From positions 672,001-736,000 of the forward strand of contig CAWEYG010000001.1 in the NCBI GenBank assembly GCA_963813155.1: a DNA stretch of 64,000 bases. The letters are read 5' to 3'. A program made the translations under genes and the position numbers. Shown in pieces: positions 50,639-60,700 of the stretch (positions within the stretch are counted from its first letter, which is position 1; each line of letters opens with the position of its first letter). This DNA comes from an uncultured Acidobacteriota bacterium (GTDB taxonomy: Bacteria; Acidobacteriota; Thermoanaerobaculia; UBA5066; DATFVB01). The notes below the pieces were generated by a model that was given only the letters and a program-made list of their open reading frames with translations, ran no database searches and had not been told where the DNA came from.

Positions 50639-52264
50639 ATGTCCGCTCGAAAGGAAACGCCGCCGCAGATCAAGGCCCTTTCTCCCCAGGAAGAGGAAGC
50701 CAAGGCGATCGCCCTCGCGGAAAAGCTCGGCCTCGCGTACGTCGACCTGCTCTCCTTTCGAATCAACGCCGAGCTCTTTCGGTCGGTCCCGGTCGAATGG
50801 ATGCTCCGGTACGAGTTCGTGCCGGAGGCTCGGACCGACCGCTCCATGACGATCATCGCGGCCGACCCGTCGGACGTCGTCCGATTCGACGAGCTCGAGC
50901 TCCTCATCGGGCTACCCCTGAAGCGCAAGGTCGGCAGCCGGGCCGCCATCGCGGAGATCCTTCAGAAGAGCGAATCCTCTCAGCGTGTCCTCGACGAAGC
51001 GACCGAAGACTTCCGCCTTCAACTCGTTTCCGAAAACGAGGAAGGCGAAGAGACCCTCACGATCGACAGCATCACCCAGGACTCTTCCCCGATCATCAAG
51101 CTCGTCGACTCGATTCTCTTCAACGCGATCCAGCGACGCGCTTCCGACATCCACATCGAGACGCAACAGAGCCTCGTCGTCATCAAGTACCGCATCGACG
51201 GCGTTCTCTACCAGGCGATGGACCCGATCGACAAGCGCCATCACGGAACGATCATTTCCCGCATCAAGGTCATGTCGGAGCTCGACATCGCCGAAAAGCG
51301 CATTCCGCAGGACGGCCGATTCAAACTCCGCGTCCGCGGCCGAACGATCGACTTCCGCGTCTCGATCATGCCGACCGTCCACGGCGAAGACGCCGTGATC
51401 CGAATTCTCGACAAAGAGTCCGCCAACGAAGAGTTCAGCCAGCTCTCCCTGGACGTCGTCGGCCTCGACGAGGAAACGAAGCGGAAGCTGCGCAAGTTCA
51501 TCCGCGAGCCCTACGGCATGGTCCTCGTCACGGGCCCGACGGGCTCCGGCAAAACGACGACCCTCTACGCCTGCCTCTCCGAGATCCAGTCCGTCGAGGA
51601 CAAGATCGTCACGATCGAAGATCCCGTCGAATACCAGCTCAAGGGAATCACGCAGATCCCGGTCAACGAGAAAAAGGGGCTCACCTTCGCCCGCGGGCTG
51701 CGATCGATTCTGCGCCACGACCCGGACAAGATCATGGTCGGCGAGATTCGCGACGAAGAGACCGCCCAGATCGCCGTGCAGTCGGCGCTCACGGGACACC
51801 TCGTTTTCACGACCGTGCACGCCAACAACGTCGTCGACGTAATCGGACGCTTTCTCAACATGAAAGTGGACCTCTACAACTTCGTCTCCGCGCTGAATTG
51901 CGTTCTCGCGCAACGGCTCGTCCGCCGGCTGTGCCCGCACTGCAAAGAGTCCGTGACCTATTCGCGCGACACGCTTCTCGAGTCGGGCCTCCTGCCGAAC
52001 CAGACGGAGGGCAAGGTCTTCTTCGAAGGACGGGGATGCCTCGAGTGCAACGGAACCGGTTTCCGAGGACGAATGGCGATCGCGGAGCTTCTCGACCTCT
52101 CGGACCGCATTCGGGGCCTCATCCTCGAAAAGCGGCCGGCCTCCGAGATCAAGAGCGCCGCCAAAGAGCAGGGCATGATCTTTCTGCGCGACTCCGCCCT
52201 TCGGAAGGTGTTTTCGGGCGACACGACCCTCAAGGAGATCAACAAGGTGACGTTTGTCGATTAG
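50639..52264 (+). CDS. GspE/PilB family ATPase
   Basis: ASDIH, PQDGR, GPTGSGKTT, LRHDPD, CPHC..CLEC. Confidence 0.94.
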   Translation: MSARKETPPQIKALSPQEEEAKAIALAEKLGLAYVDLLSFRINAELFRSVPVEWMLRYEFVPEARTDRSMTIIAADPSDVVRFDELELLIGLPLKRKVGSRAAIAEILQKSESSQRVLDEATEDFRLQLVSENEEGEETLTIDSITQDSSPIIKLVDSILFNAIQRRASDIHIETQQSLVVIKYRIDGVLYQAMDPIDKRHHGTIISRIKVMSELDIAEKRIPQDGRFKLRVRGRTIDFRVSIMPTVHGEDAVIRILDKESANEEFSQLSLDVVGLDEETKRKLRKFIREPYGMVLVTGPTGSGKTTTLYACLSEIQSVEDKIVTIEDPVEYQLKGITQIPVNEKKGLTFARGLRSILRHDPDKIMVGEIRDEETAQIAVQSALTGHLVFTTVHANNVVDVIGRFLNMKVDLYNFVSALNCVLAQRLVRRLCPHCKESVTYSRDTLLESGLLPNQTEGKVFFEGRGCLECNGTGFRGRMAIAELLDLSDRIRGLILEKRPASEIKSAAKEQGMIFLRDSALRKVFSGDTTLKEINKVTFVD

Positions 52265-53177
52265 CCCTTTTGCGCCCGTCGTGCCCGCCGACGCGTTCGC
52301 CCTGTCCGACGGCGGCGCGACGTACGTTCGGGTTTTCCGGCACGAGCGGCCGTCCATCGAGATCCTGCGCCATTTCGACTATCCCGCGGGCTCCTGGACG
52401 CTCGGGATTCTCGGCGCCCCCGTGTTCGGGAACGACGCGTTTCTCCCCGCCGTGGAAGCGGCGAAACGCGCCGTCCGGGGCGGAGTTCGGCGCGCCTGCG
52501 TGACCATTCCCGACGCCTGGGCCCGCACGCTCACGCTCGATTTCGACGTGCTCCCCTCCGGACGCCGCGAACGCTCCGAGATGGTGAACTGGAAGATCAA
52601 GAAACTCCTTCCCGGCCGCGTCGAAGACCTGGAGATCGTGTTTTCGGAGATCCCGAAGAGCGGCGAAGGAATCCGGCTGCTCGTCTCCGCGGCGCCGCGC
52701 GACACGATTCGTTCGATCGAGTCCGCGTTCGCGGCAGCAGGGATTCGCGTGGGAATGCTCAGCACGTCGACGCTCGCCTTCTTCAACGGATTCGACGACC
52801 GACTCTCGCGGTCCGCCGGCGGCGATTACCTCCTGCTGCACCGCTCGGGCCGAACCTCCTCGCTCCTGATCGCTCGCAACGGCCACCCGCTCTTCTATCG
52901 GCAAAAAGCCGCCACCGAGGAGGGGACCGACGACGTGCAGGAGCTCCGGCTTTCGCTGTCCCACTACGCGGAGACCCTCGGCGGAGCGGAGAACCCGGCG
53001 CTCTACCTCTGGGACGAGCCCACGTCCGCGGGACACGAAGGCTCCGAATCGCTCGAGCCGATGCAGATGCGGCCGGTCAACGCCGCCCTGCTGCTCGCGG
53101 ATTCGTCCCTCGACCTCCATTCCGCCGCTCACCCCGAGGTTCTCGCCGCGGCGGCGGCGACCCTGGAGAACGACTGA
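52254..53177 (+). CDS. PilM/GspL-like cytoplasmic component
   Basis: Position after the ATPase; actin-like pattern (VTIPD, AAGIRVG); start uncertain. Confidence 0.6.
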   Translation: MSISPFAPVVPADAFALSDGGATYVRVFRHERPSIEILRHFDYPAGSWTLGILGAPVFGNDAFLPAVEAAKRAVRGGVRRACVTIPDAWARTLTLDFDVLPSGRRERSEMVNWKIKKLLPGRVEDLEIVFSEIPKSGEGIRLLVSAAPRDTIRSIESAFAAAGIRVGMLSTSTLAFFNGFDDRLSRSAGGDYLLLHRSGRTSSLLIARNGHPLFYRQKAATEEGTDDVQELRLSLSHYAETLGGAENPALYLWDEPTSAGHEGSESLEPMQMRPVNAALLLADSSLDLHSAAHPEVLAAAAATLEND

Positions 53178-53752
53178 TGGCGGTGAATCTCAATTTCGCC
53201 CACCGGCCGTTCCGCGACTCGCGGCCGATCTCGATCACGCTGATCGCCGCGACCGCGATCGGGATCGTCCTGTTCACGCTCAACGTGCGCGACTATTTTC
53301 ATTTCCGGGACTCCGCGGCGGGAACCCGCGCCGAAATCTCGCGCCTCAACGAAGAGGCCGGCCGGGCGGAGGAGAACGCGGCCCGTATTCGAAGCCTCAT
53401 TTCGACCGCGAGCCTGAAGGAGCTCCAGACCGAAGGGGGAGCGCTCAACGGCCTCATCCGGGAACGCCAGTTCTCGTGGGTTCTCCTTCTCTCGCGGCTC
53501 GAGCAGGTCCTCCCGGGCGACGTCTATGTGACGAGCCTCGCGCCCTCCGTCGGCGCCGACGGCTCCGCGATGCTGAGCCTTTCGCTCGTGGGGAAATCCG
53601 AGGAATCCATCGTGAAGACCCTCGACGCGTTCGCGAAGAACTCGCACTTCCGGCGTCCGGTCCCCTCGTCCGAGACGGATCCGGAGAAGGGACAGCCGGA
53701 AGGGTTTCAGTTCCACCTGACGGTTCGTTACATTCCCCAGGAGCCGGCGTGA
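53177..53752 (+). CDS. PilN-like protein
   Basis: NLNFAHRPF motif, TM, coiled coil, W..LLSRLEQVLP.DV. Confidence 0.75.
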   Translation: MAVNLNFAHRPFRDSRPISITLIAATAIGIVLFTLNVRDYFHFRDSAAGTRAEISRLNEEAGRAEENAARIRSLISTASLKELQTEGGALNGLIRERQFSWVLLLSRLEQVLPGDVYVTSLAPSVGADGSAMLSLSLVGKSEESIVKTLDAFAKNSHFRRPVPSSETDPEKGQPEGFQFHLTVRYIPQEPA

Positions 53753-54381
53753 AGTTCGAGCCGTCCCTCTGGCGCGAGCGCGCGTGGCTGATCGCTCCCG
53801 CGATCCTGTTCTTCCTCGCGAACCTCGCCTACTTTCTCGGGGGCCGGGCCGTTGACTCTTCGCGCACCGAAGCTCTCGAACGGTCGCGCCGCGACGCCCG
53901 GTCGAGAGTGGAGTCGGCGATCCAGGCCGAAAAGAAGGCGGCCTCCGACGGCGAGCGCGTGGAAGGCGTCCGCCGCGCGGAGGAGGAATTCTTCGGAAAA
54001 AGGATCGGAAACCTGAACGACACGATCGCCGCGACCGTCGCAGACATCCACCGCGTGAGCCGGAACGCGAACGCCTCTCCCCATTCGATCAGCTACTCGG
54101 TCGCCGATCGAAAGGGCGTTCCCCTCACCGAAATGTCGATCTCCTTCGGCGTCTCGGGCGACTACGTCACGCTCCGGCGGCTCCTCCAGGCCTTCGAAAA
54201 CGACTCCCGGTGGATCGTCGTCCGCCAGGTGCAGCTCGCGCGCATCGGCGAGACGGTGGCGTCGGGAAACATCCACCTCAATCTCGCGACGTATTTCTAC
54301 GAAGGGACCCGGCCCGAAAAGAAGGCCGACAAGAGAGACGTTCAAAACGCGAGACTCCCCGACGACCGGAGGGGCCAGTGA
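53749..54381 (+). CDS. PilO/GspM-like protein
   Basis: TM, coiled coil, GDYVTLRRLLQAFE. Confidence 0.72.
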   Translation: MKFEPSLWRERAWLIAPAILFFLANLAYFLGGRAVDSSRTEALERSRRDARSRVESAIQAEKKAASDGERVEGVRRAEEEFFGKRIGNLNDTIAATVADIHRVSRNANASPHSISYSVADRKGVPLTEMSISFGVSGDYVTLRRLLQAFENDSRWIVVRQVQLARIGETVASGNIHLNLATYFYEGTRPEKKADKRDVQNARLPDDRRGQ

Positions 54382-54971
54382 CCCCGCGCCAGAAACGACT
54401 GGGGCTTCTCGGCGTGCTGGGAGCACTGCTCCTTCTGCTCGTGATCCGCGCCCGGCCGGCGGGGTCGCCGCCGCCGGCTCCGATCGCGCGCGGTTTCGAC
54501 GCGGACGCGGGCCCGAGACCGGGCTTCGGGCGAAAAGAGGACACCCGCGTGACGCCCGACCAGCTTCCCGACATCGACCCGACCGCGCTGCAGAACCGGC
54601 CAGCGGGTACTGCCGAGGCGAAGCGCGACCTCTTCAAGTTCCGCGAGCCTCCGCCTCCTCCTCCGAAGCCCCGGCCTCCCGCGTACACGCCGGCCGGGAG
54701 CTGGAATTTCGTCGGCCCGCTGCCGCCGCCTCCTCCGCCGCCGCCCCCGACGCCGCCGGCGATCCCGTTCCAGTTCACGGGAACGATCGGGCCGGCGAGG
54801 GAGCCGATTGCCGTCCTCGTCGAAGGGGACCGCCTCGTCCTGGCCCGGCAGGGGGAAACGGTGGACGGAAAATTCATCATTCGCAAGATCGGATACGAAT
54901 CGATCGACGTGGGATTCGCCGGATTCCCCGAGCAGAACCGGCAAAGGATCCCCGTCACTCCCGGGAAATGA
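54378..54971 (+). CDS. Pro-rich PilP/GspC-like protein
   Basis: TM, RDLF motif, poly-Pro, FQFTGTI..GETVDGKF. Confidence 0.65.
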   Translation: MTPRQKRLGLLGVLGALLLLLVIRARPAGSPPPAPIARGFDADAGPRPGFGRKEDTRVTPDQLPDIDPTALQNRPAGTAEAKRDLFKFREPPPPPPKPRPPAYTPAGSWNFVGPLPPPPPPPPPTPPAIPFQFTGTIGPAREPIAVLVEGDRLVLARQGETVDGKFIIRKIGYESIDVGFAGFPEQNRQRIPVTPGK

Positions 54972-57013
54972 AAAGGAGCCACCGCATGCAGGGATCGAAA
55001 TGGAAGTCTTTCGGCGCTCTCGCAACCGCCCTGGCAGCTCTCGCGGCCAGCGGCTGTGCGGGCGACCGGTTCTTTCGCCAGGGAAAAAATGACGAGGAGC
55101 TCGGCCGATGGGACCGGGCGGTCCTCGAGTACGGACAGGCGAAGGACCAGGACCCGAAGGATCTGCGGTACAAGATGGCGTTCGACCGCGCCCGCCGCAA
55201 AGCCGCGGAGGACCATTTCGCGAAGGGAAAGATGTACCTCTCGTCCGGGCGGCCGGACCTTGCCGTCATCGAGCTCGAGCAGACGACGCTCCTCGATCCG
55301 GAGAACGACTACGCGATCACGGAGCTCCGGCACGCGCGGGAGCAGCTCGCCAGGCTTGAACTGGAGAAGAGGGAACCAAGCAAGATGCAGAAGCTCGAGG
55401 AGGCGACGAAGAACGCCCGGGCCGTGATCCCGATTCTCCAGCCGGCCTCGAAACGCCCGATCTCGCTCAACTTCCCGCAGCCGCGGCCGATCAAGCAGAT
55501 CTACCTCGCGCTCGGGCAGGCCGCCGGGATCAACGTGATCTTCGACCCGGCGTTGAAGGACGATCCCGCCGCGATCGTTCTCACGAGCGTGACGTTTCAG
55601 AACGCGCTCGAAACGCTGATCCGCCAGGAAAACCATTTCTACAAGGTCGTGGACAGCCACACGATTCTCGTCGCGGCGGACAATCCCGCGAACCGCAAGA
55701 CGTACGAAGACCTCGTGATCAAGACGTTCTACCTTTCCAACGGCGACGTGACGGAGACGGCGAACGCGATCCGGGCGCTGCTCGGCACGGTCCATGTCTC
55801 GATCAACAAGCAGGAAAACGCGATCACGATGCGCGACACGGCCGACAAGGTCACGATCGCGCAGAGCATCATCGACCAGAACGACAAGGAGAAGGCCGAG
55901 ATCGTCATCGACGTCGAGCTGATGCAGATGGACCTGAACAAGAACACCGACCTCGGGTTCACATTCCCGCAATCGATCAGCGCGACGCTCCTGAACCCGG
56001 CGACAGCGCCGGGGACCCCGGACACCTCGGGCACAACCTCGACGGTCAACGTCATCACCCTCGACCAGCTGAAGAAGCTCGCGCTGAGCCAGTACGGTTT
56101 CACGGTGCCGAATTTTCAGGTGAACCTGATCAAGAGCGCCGGCAACGCGCAGGTTCTCGCGAAACCGGAGATGCGAATCTCCGAAGGGGAAAAGGCACAG
56201 CTCACGATCGGCGATCGCATCCCGATTCCGACGACGACGTTCAATACTCAGAACGCGATCGGCGGCACAGGCGCGATCGTTCCGATCACGTCGTTCCAGT
56301 ACCAGGACGTCGGCATCAAGATCGAGATGGAGCCGCGCGTGCACCACAACAAGGAAGTCACGCTGAAGTTGACGGTCGAAGTGTCGAACCTCGGAACTCC
56401 CGTGACATTCGGCGGCCAGACTCAACCGACGATCAGCACGCGGACGATCTCCTCGACGATCCGATTGAAGGACGGAGAGACGAACTTCCTCGCCGGCCTG
56501 ATCCGGAACGACAAGTCGCACAACTCCCAGGACGTTCCGTTTCTGGCGGATATCCCGATCCTGGGACGGCTCTTCTCGGACAAGCACAACACCGAGACGA
56601 GCACGGACCTCGTGATGACGATCACGCCGCACATCATCCGCGTGCCCGACATCAACGAGGAGGACCTGCTGCCGGTGTACGTCGGCACCGAGAACAACAT
56701 TTCCTACCAGGGCGCGCCGCGGGTGGAATCGTTCAACGGCGCCCGCGGGCCGTTCGACGATTCGGGCCAGCCGGCCCGCCAGCGGGCGCAGCCGGGCCAG
56801 CGCGTGAGGCCGCAAAATCCAGGGCAGACGAACCCCGGCCTCAATCTCGCCCCGTCCAGCGGGCCGAACAACCCGTTCACGCCGCCGAAAGCGTTCTCGA
56901 TCCCGCCTCCGCCGCCGCCTCCTCCTCCGCCGGGGTCGGCCAGCGCGACCCCGCCGCCGGGGTCGGCCCCTCAGCCGACCGCCGCTCCCTCGACGGAGGA
57001 TGACCATCAATGA
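54968..57013 (+). CDS. secretin (GspD/PilQ family), lipoprotein with TPR N-terminus and Pro-rich tail
   Basis: LAASGC lipobox, QYQDVGIK, LKDGET, PFLADIPILGRLF, ITPHIIR. Confidence 0.92.
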   Translation: MKRSHRMQGSKWKSFGALATALAALAASGCAGDRFFRQGKNDEELGRWDRAVLEYGQAKDQDPKDLRYKMAFDRARRKAAEDHFAKGKMYLSSGRPDLAVIELEQTTLLDPENDYAITELRHAREQLARLELEKREPSKMQKLEEATKNARAVIPILQPASKRPISLNFPQPRPIKQIYLALGQAAGINVIFDPALKDDPAAIVLTSVTFQNALETLIRQENHFYKVVDSHTILVAADNPANRKTYEDLVIKTFYLSNGDVTETANAIRALLGTVHVSINKQENAITMRDTADKVTIAQSIIDQNDKEKAEIVIDVELMQMDLNKNTDLGFTFPQSISATLLNPATAPGTPDTSGTTSTVNVITLDQLKKLALSQYGFTVPNFQVNLIKSAGNAQVLAKPEMRISEGEKAQLTIGDRIPIPTTTFNTQNAIGGTGAIVPITSFQYQDVGIKIEMEPRVHHNKEVTLKLTVEVSNLGTPVTFGGQTQPTISTRTISSTIRLKDGETNFLAGLIRNDKSHNSQDVPFLADIPILGRLFSDKHNTETSTDLVMTITPHIIRVPDINEEDLLPVYVGTENNISYQGAPRVESFNGARGPFDDSGQPARQRAQPGQRVRPQNPGQTNPGLNLAPSSGPNNPFTPPKAFSIPPPPPPPPPPGSASATPPPGSAPQPTAAPSTEDDHQ

Positions 57014-57516
57014 AACGTCGGCCGCAAAGCCGCGCCGAAGTCCCGCCGCGATCCTCGCGGCGGACGAAGGCGGGCGGATTTACAATGGTCGAGCTCGCGA
57101 TCGTCTGCGCGATGATCCTGATCCTGACCGCGATGGTGATTCCCGTTTCCCGCTACACGCAGCAGCGCCAGAAAGAGCTGGAGCTGCGCTACGACCTCCG
57201 GCTGATGCGCAACGCGATCGACAAGTACAAGCAATACTCCGACGCCGGCCTGATCCCGATCGACCTGGACACCGAGGGCTACCCGAAGGAGCTCGCCAAG
57301 CTCGTCGACGGAATCGACCAGGTCGGACAGCTCAAGAAGCGACTCAAGTTCCTGCGCAAGGTTCCGGTCGATCCCATGACGGGCAACGCGGAATGGGGCC
57401 TTCGATCGCTGCAGGACGACGCGACCTCGACGTCGTGGGGCGGTCAGAACGTGTACGACGTGTATTCGCTCTCGCCCGACCGGGCGATCGACAAGTCGCA
57501 CTACAAGGACTGGTGA
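57010..57516 (+). CDS. type IV pilin/pseudopilin (GspG-like)
   Basis: G|FTMVEL prepilin site, LRKVPVDPMTG. Confidence 0.88.
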   Translation: MKRRPQSRAEVPPRSSRRTKAGGFTMVELAIVCAMILILTAMVIPVSRYTQQRQKELELRYDLRLMRNAIDKYKQYSDAGLIPIDLDTEGYPKELAKLVDGIDQVGQLKKRLKFLRKVPVDPMTGNAEWGLRSLQDDATSTSWGGQNVYDVYSLSPDRAIDKSHYKDW

Positions 57517-57520
57517 AAAC

Positions 57521-57943
57521 ATGAGAAGACGACGATCGGCGTCCGGTTTCACACTCCTCGAACTCCTCGTCGTGATGACCATCATCGGCATCCTCGCCGC
57601 CATCGCCGTGCCGGCTTTGAAGAACTCCCCACAGAAGGGGCGCGAAGCTGCGCTCAAGGAAGACCTCTTCACGTTCCGCTCGTGCCTCGACCAGTACCAC
57701 GGCGACAAGGGACACTATCCCCCCGACCTCGAGACCCTCGTCACGGACGGCTACATCCGCAAGATCCCGGTCGACCCGATCACGAAAGTGGATTCCACCT
57801 GGGTCATCGTCAAGGAGGAGATTCCCGAAGGGGAAGAAGGAGGCGCCGGCGCGGACGCGCCGCCGGACACGCCGGGCATCATCGACGTGCATTCGGGCTC
57901 GAAGGCCAAGGCCCTCGACGGGACTCTTTACAGTGACTGGTAA
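57521..57943 (+). CDS. type IV pilin/pseudopilin (GspG-like)
   Basis: G|FTLLELLVV, IRKIPVDPIT. Confidence 0.9.
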   Translation: MRRRRSASGFTLLELLVVMTIIGILAAIAVPALKNSPQKGREAALKEDLFTFRSCLDQYHGDKGHYPPDLETLVTDGYIRKIPVDPITKVDSTWVIVKEEIPEGEEGGAGADAPPDTPGIIDVHSGSKAKALDGTLYSDW

Positions 57944-58697
57944 TCGCTCCTCCTCCGGATACACGATGGTCGCAATCGCGATCTTCCTGCTCCTGCTGTC
58001 GATCGCGATGATGGAGGTCGCGCCGCTCGTCACGAAGGTCATGCAGCGTGAGCGCGAAGAGGAGCTCATCTTCCGGGGGAAGCAATACGCGCTCGCCTTC
58101 CTGAACTTCCAGAAGCGCCAGGGGCGATTCCCGCTGGCGCTGAAGGAGCTCATGCAGACGCAGCCGCGGTCGGCGCGCAAGCTGTTCAAAGACCCGATGT
58201 GCGACTGCGACGACTGGGGCCTCATCCACGTCGGCCAGCCATGGCCTCCGCCCGTCGTCAATCCCGCCGACTCGGCGACGGGCCTCGCGGGCCTGCCCGC
58301 CGGCGCGACGGGCCCCGACGACCGCCAGAGGCCGGGCCAGCCCACTTCGCCCCTCCCCTCGTCCTACACGCAGCCGCCTCCGTCCGGCGACCAGGGGCAG
58401 GGCCAGGGACAGCGAAATCGCGGCAACGGGGCGGGTTTTTCCAATGACTCGGTGTTCCAGGACACCGGCCAGGAAGTCAACAACTCTCCGATCATCGGCG
58501 TGTACTCCAAGGTCCACAAGAAGGGGCTGCGGACCTTCAAGGGCCAGGACTATTACGACCTGTGGGGCTTCATCGCGGGGCAGAACAACGACGACCTGCC
58601 GGACGTGATGCCCCTTCCCTGGAATCAGCCGAAGCCGAACCCCGACCCGGGCACGCTGGGAGGTCCGAAGACGACCGGTACGCCACCGCCAAATTGA
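57933..58697 (+). CDS. minor pseudopilin lacking Glu5 (GspK/PilX-like)
   Basis: G|YTMVAIAI, REREEELIFRG, RKLFKDPM, low-complexity insert. Confidence 0.75.
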   Translation: MTGNRSSSGYTMVAIAIFLLLLSIAMMEVAPLVTKVMQREREEELIFRGKQYALAFLNFQKRQGRFPLALKELMQTQPRSARKLFKDPMCDCDDWGLIHVGQPWPPPVVNPADSATGLAGLPAGATGPDDRQRPGQPTSPLPSSYTQPPPSGDQGQGQGQRNRGNGAGFSNDSVFQDTGQEVNNSPIIGVYSKVHKKGLRTFKGQDYYDLWGFIAGQNNDDLPDVMPLPWNQPKPNPDPGTLGGPKTTGTPPPN

Positions 58698-58787
58698 CCT
58701 CGGAATACCGTAAACGCTTTATTTGAAGGGTCTTGGCTTCCACGGCACACCTCGTGCACCGCAACTAAAATAGGACTCGGAAATGAA

Positions 58788-60059
58788 ATGATCCAGAAAT
58801 TCGTACTGCCCAACCAGGCAACGGTCCTGATCGACGAGATGCGGGACGTCCGTTCGCTCGCGCTCGGCTTTTTCTGCAAGACCGGTTCGGCCGACGAGCC
58901 GGAATCCCGGCGCGGCCTCTCGCATTTCCTCGAGCACCTGCTGTTCAAGCGAACGAAGCATCGCTCGCCGCTCGCGATCGCCCGCGCGATCGATGGCCTC
59001 GGCGGCGACGCAGACGCCTTCACGACGAAGGAGTACACAGCTTTCTACGCCCACACGCTCGACTCGAAGTTCGCCGAAGCGCTCGATCTGCTCGGGGACG
59101 TCGTTCTTTCCCCCGCGTTCGGATCGGAGGACATCGAGCGCGAACGCGGAGTCATCCTCGAGGAGATCGGCGAATGCAACGACACGCCGGACGACCTCGT
59201 CCACGAGCTCTTCGTGAGATCGTTCTGGAGGAACCACCCGCTCGGCGAGCCGATCCTCGGCACGGTCGAATCGGTTCGAAGGATCACCAAGTCGGATATT
59301 TCCTCGTTTTATCGGGAACGGTACGGCGCCCACAATCTGATCGTCTCGGTCGCGGGCCACGTCCGGGCCGCGCAGGTTCTTCCGGCGATCGAACGGTTGT
59401 TTTCCCGCCGCCCTTCGGGCGAGATCTTTCCGATCCCGGTCCGGCGGCCGAAGCCTTTTCAGCACTGCTCCGTCGAGCGCCGGGCCGGCCTCGAGCAGGC
59501 CCACGTCTGCCTCGGCATGAGCGGCCCGTCGCAAAATTCCTCCCGGCGATACGCGGCGAATCTCCTCGACATCCTCCTCGGAGGAGGCATGTCGTCGCGC
59601 CTGTTCCAGGAGGTTCGCGAGAAACGCGGCCTCGTGTACTCGATCGGTTCCTCGCTCAATTCGTACCGTCTCGGCGGTTACGAAACGATCCAGGCCTCGT
59701 GCGCCCCGAAGAATCTTCCCCGCGTGATCGACACGACGCTGTCGGTCCTGCGAAAGATCCGGCGGGACGGCGCCCGGCCCCGCGAGATCCTGCGCGCGAA
59801 GGAGTTTCTGAAGGGAAATCTGATGCTGTCGCTCGAGTCGACGGTGTCGCGAATGTCGGCGCAGGCCCGGCGCGAGTTCTATTTCGGCCGCGTCGAGGCT
59901 CCGGAAGGGTGGCTCGCGAAGGTCGAAGCGGTCTCTCAGGACGAGATCGAGGCGGTGACCGAGGACATGTGCTCGGGCAACTCCCTCTCCCTTTCGATTG
60001 TCGGCGACGTGCGCAACCTGCACTATTCGGGCGCGGACCTCGCGGCGGCGGTAGCGTAG
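58788..60059 (+). CDS. M16 family zinc peptidase
   Basis: HFLEH, AFTTKEYT, LGGGMSSRLFQEVREKRGLVY. Confidence 0.93.
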   Translation: MIQKFVLPNQATVLIDEMRDVRSLALGFFCKTGSADEPESRRGLSHFLEHLLFKRTKHRSPLAIARAIDGLGGDADAFTTKEYTAFYAHTLDSKFAEALDLLGDVVLSPAFGSEDIERERGVILEEIGECNDTPDDLVHELFVRSFWRNHPLGEPILGTVESVRRITKSDISSFYRERYGAHNLIVSVAGHVRAAQVLPAIERLFSRRPSGEIFPIPVRRPKPFQHCSVERRAGLEQAHVCLGMSGPSQNSSRRYAANLLDILLGGGMSSRLFQEVREKRGLVYSIGSSLNSYRLGGYETIQASCAPKNLPRVIDTTLSVLRKIRRDGARPREILRAKEFLKGNLMLSLESTVSRMSAQARREFYFGRVEAPEGWLAKVEAVSQDEIEAVTEDMCSGNSLSLSIVGDVRNLHYSGADLAAAVA

Positions 60060-60076
60060 CGGGAGGCGCGTGCAAT

Positions 60077-60100
60077 GTCATTCCCGCGAAAGCGGGAATC
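60077..60100. repeat. short REP-type palindrome
   Basis: GTCATTCCCGCGAAAGCGGGAATC: ATTCCCGC-GAAA-GCGGGAAT hairpin just after the M16 gene stop. Confidence 0.7.
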
Positions 60101-60244
60101 GCTCGGGCAAACCCCGACCTCACCCACCGCTCACGCGGTTCCCACTCCCGCGTTTACTTCTCGATCTAAAGGCTGCCAGATGGAGAGGGAAGGTAGCGGA
60201 TAAGACACTCCGCGCTCAGATCTTGCCTCAGGCATAATCCCCCC

Positions 60245-60700
60245 GTGCCGATCGCTCAGATCACGGTTCCGGTTCGCGTGCTGCCCCACGGGGAGGGGTT
60301 GCCGCTGCCGCGGTACGCCAGCGACGGAGCCGCGGGCTGCGATCTCCACGCCGCGATCGACGAACCGATTCTCCTGGCGCCCGGCGACCGAGCCGCCGTT
60401 CCGACCGGCATCGCCCTCGCGATCCCGGAAGGGTTCGAGGGACAGGTCCGGGCGCGCTCGGGCCTCGCCCTGCGCCACGGGATCGCCTGCGTGAACGCGC
60501 CGGGCACGATCGATTCCGACTACCGGGGTGAAGTGAAAGTCATCCTCGGCAATCTCGGCCGCGAGCCGTTCGAGATCCGGCGAGGGGACCGAATCGCGCA
60601 GGTCGTGTTCGCGCCGGTCGTTCGCGCGGAGATTCAGAAGGTCGACGAGCTGTCCGACTCGGCGCGGGGCCCGGGCGGATTCGGATCGACCGGCCGCTGA
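60245..60700 (+). CDS. dut: dUTP diphosphatase
   Basis: [35 protein letters not shown]. Confidence 0.96.
   Translation: MPIAQITVPVRVLPHGEGLPLPRYASDGAAGCDLHAAIDEPILLAPGDRAAVPTGIALAIPEGFEGQVRARSGLALRHGIACVNAPGTIDSDYRGEVKVILGNLGREPFEIRRGDRIAQVVFAPVVRAEIQKVDELSDSARGPGGFGSTGR

Noticed and set aside
54640-56990. CCG/CCT tandem runs near 54640-54760 and 56900-56990 as repeat arrays
   Set aside because: They encode poly-proline linkers in the PilP-like protein and the secretin tail
60100-60205. Possible c-di-GMP-I riboswitch (GGGCAAACC ... CTAAAG ... GGTAGCGG) upstream of dut
   Set aside because: Lacks the GNRA-capped stem and second GCAAA, spacing is wrong, and dut appears leaderless
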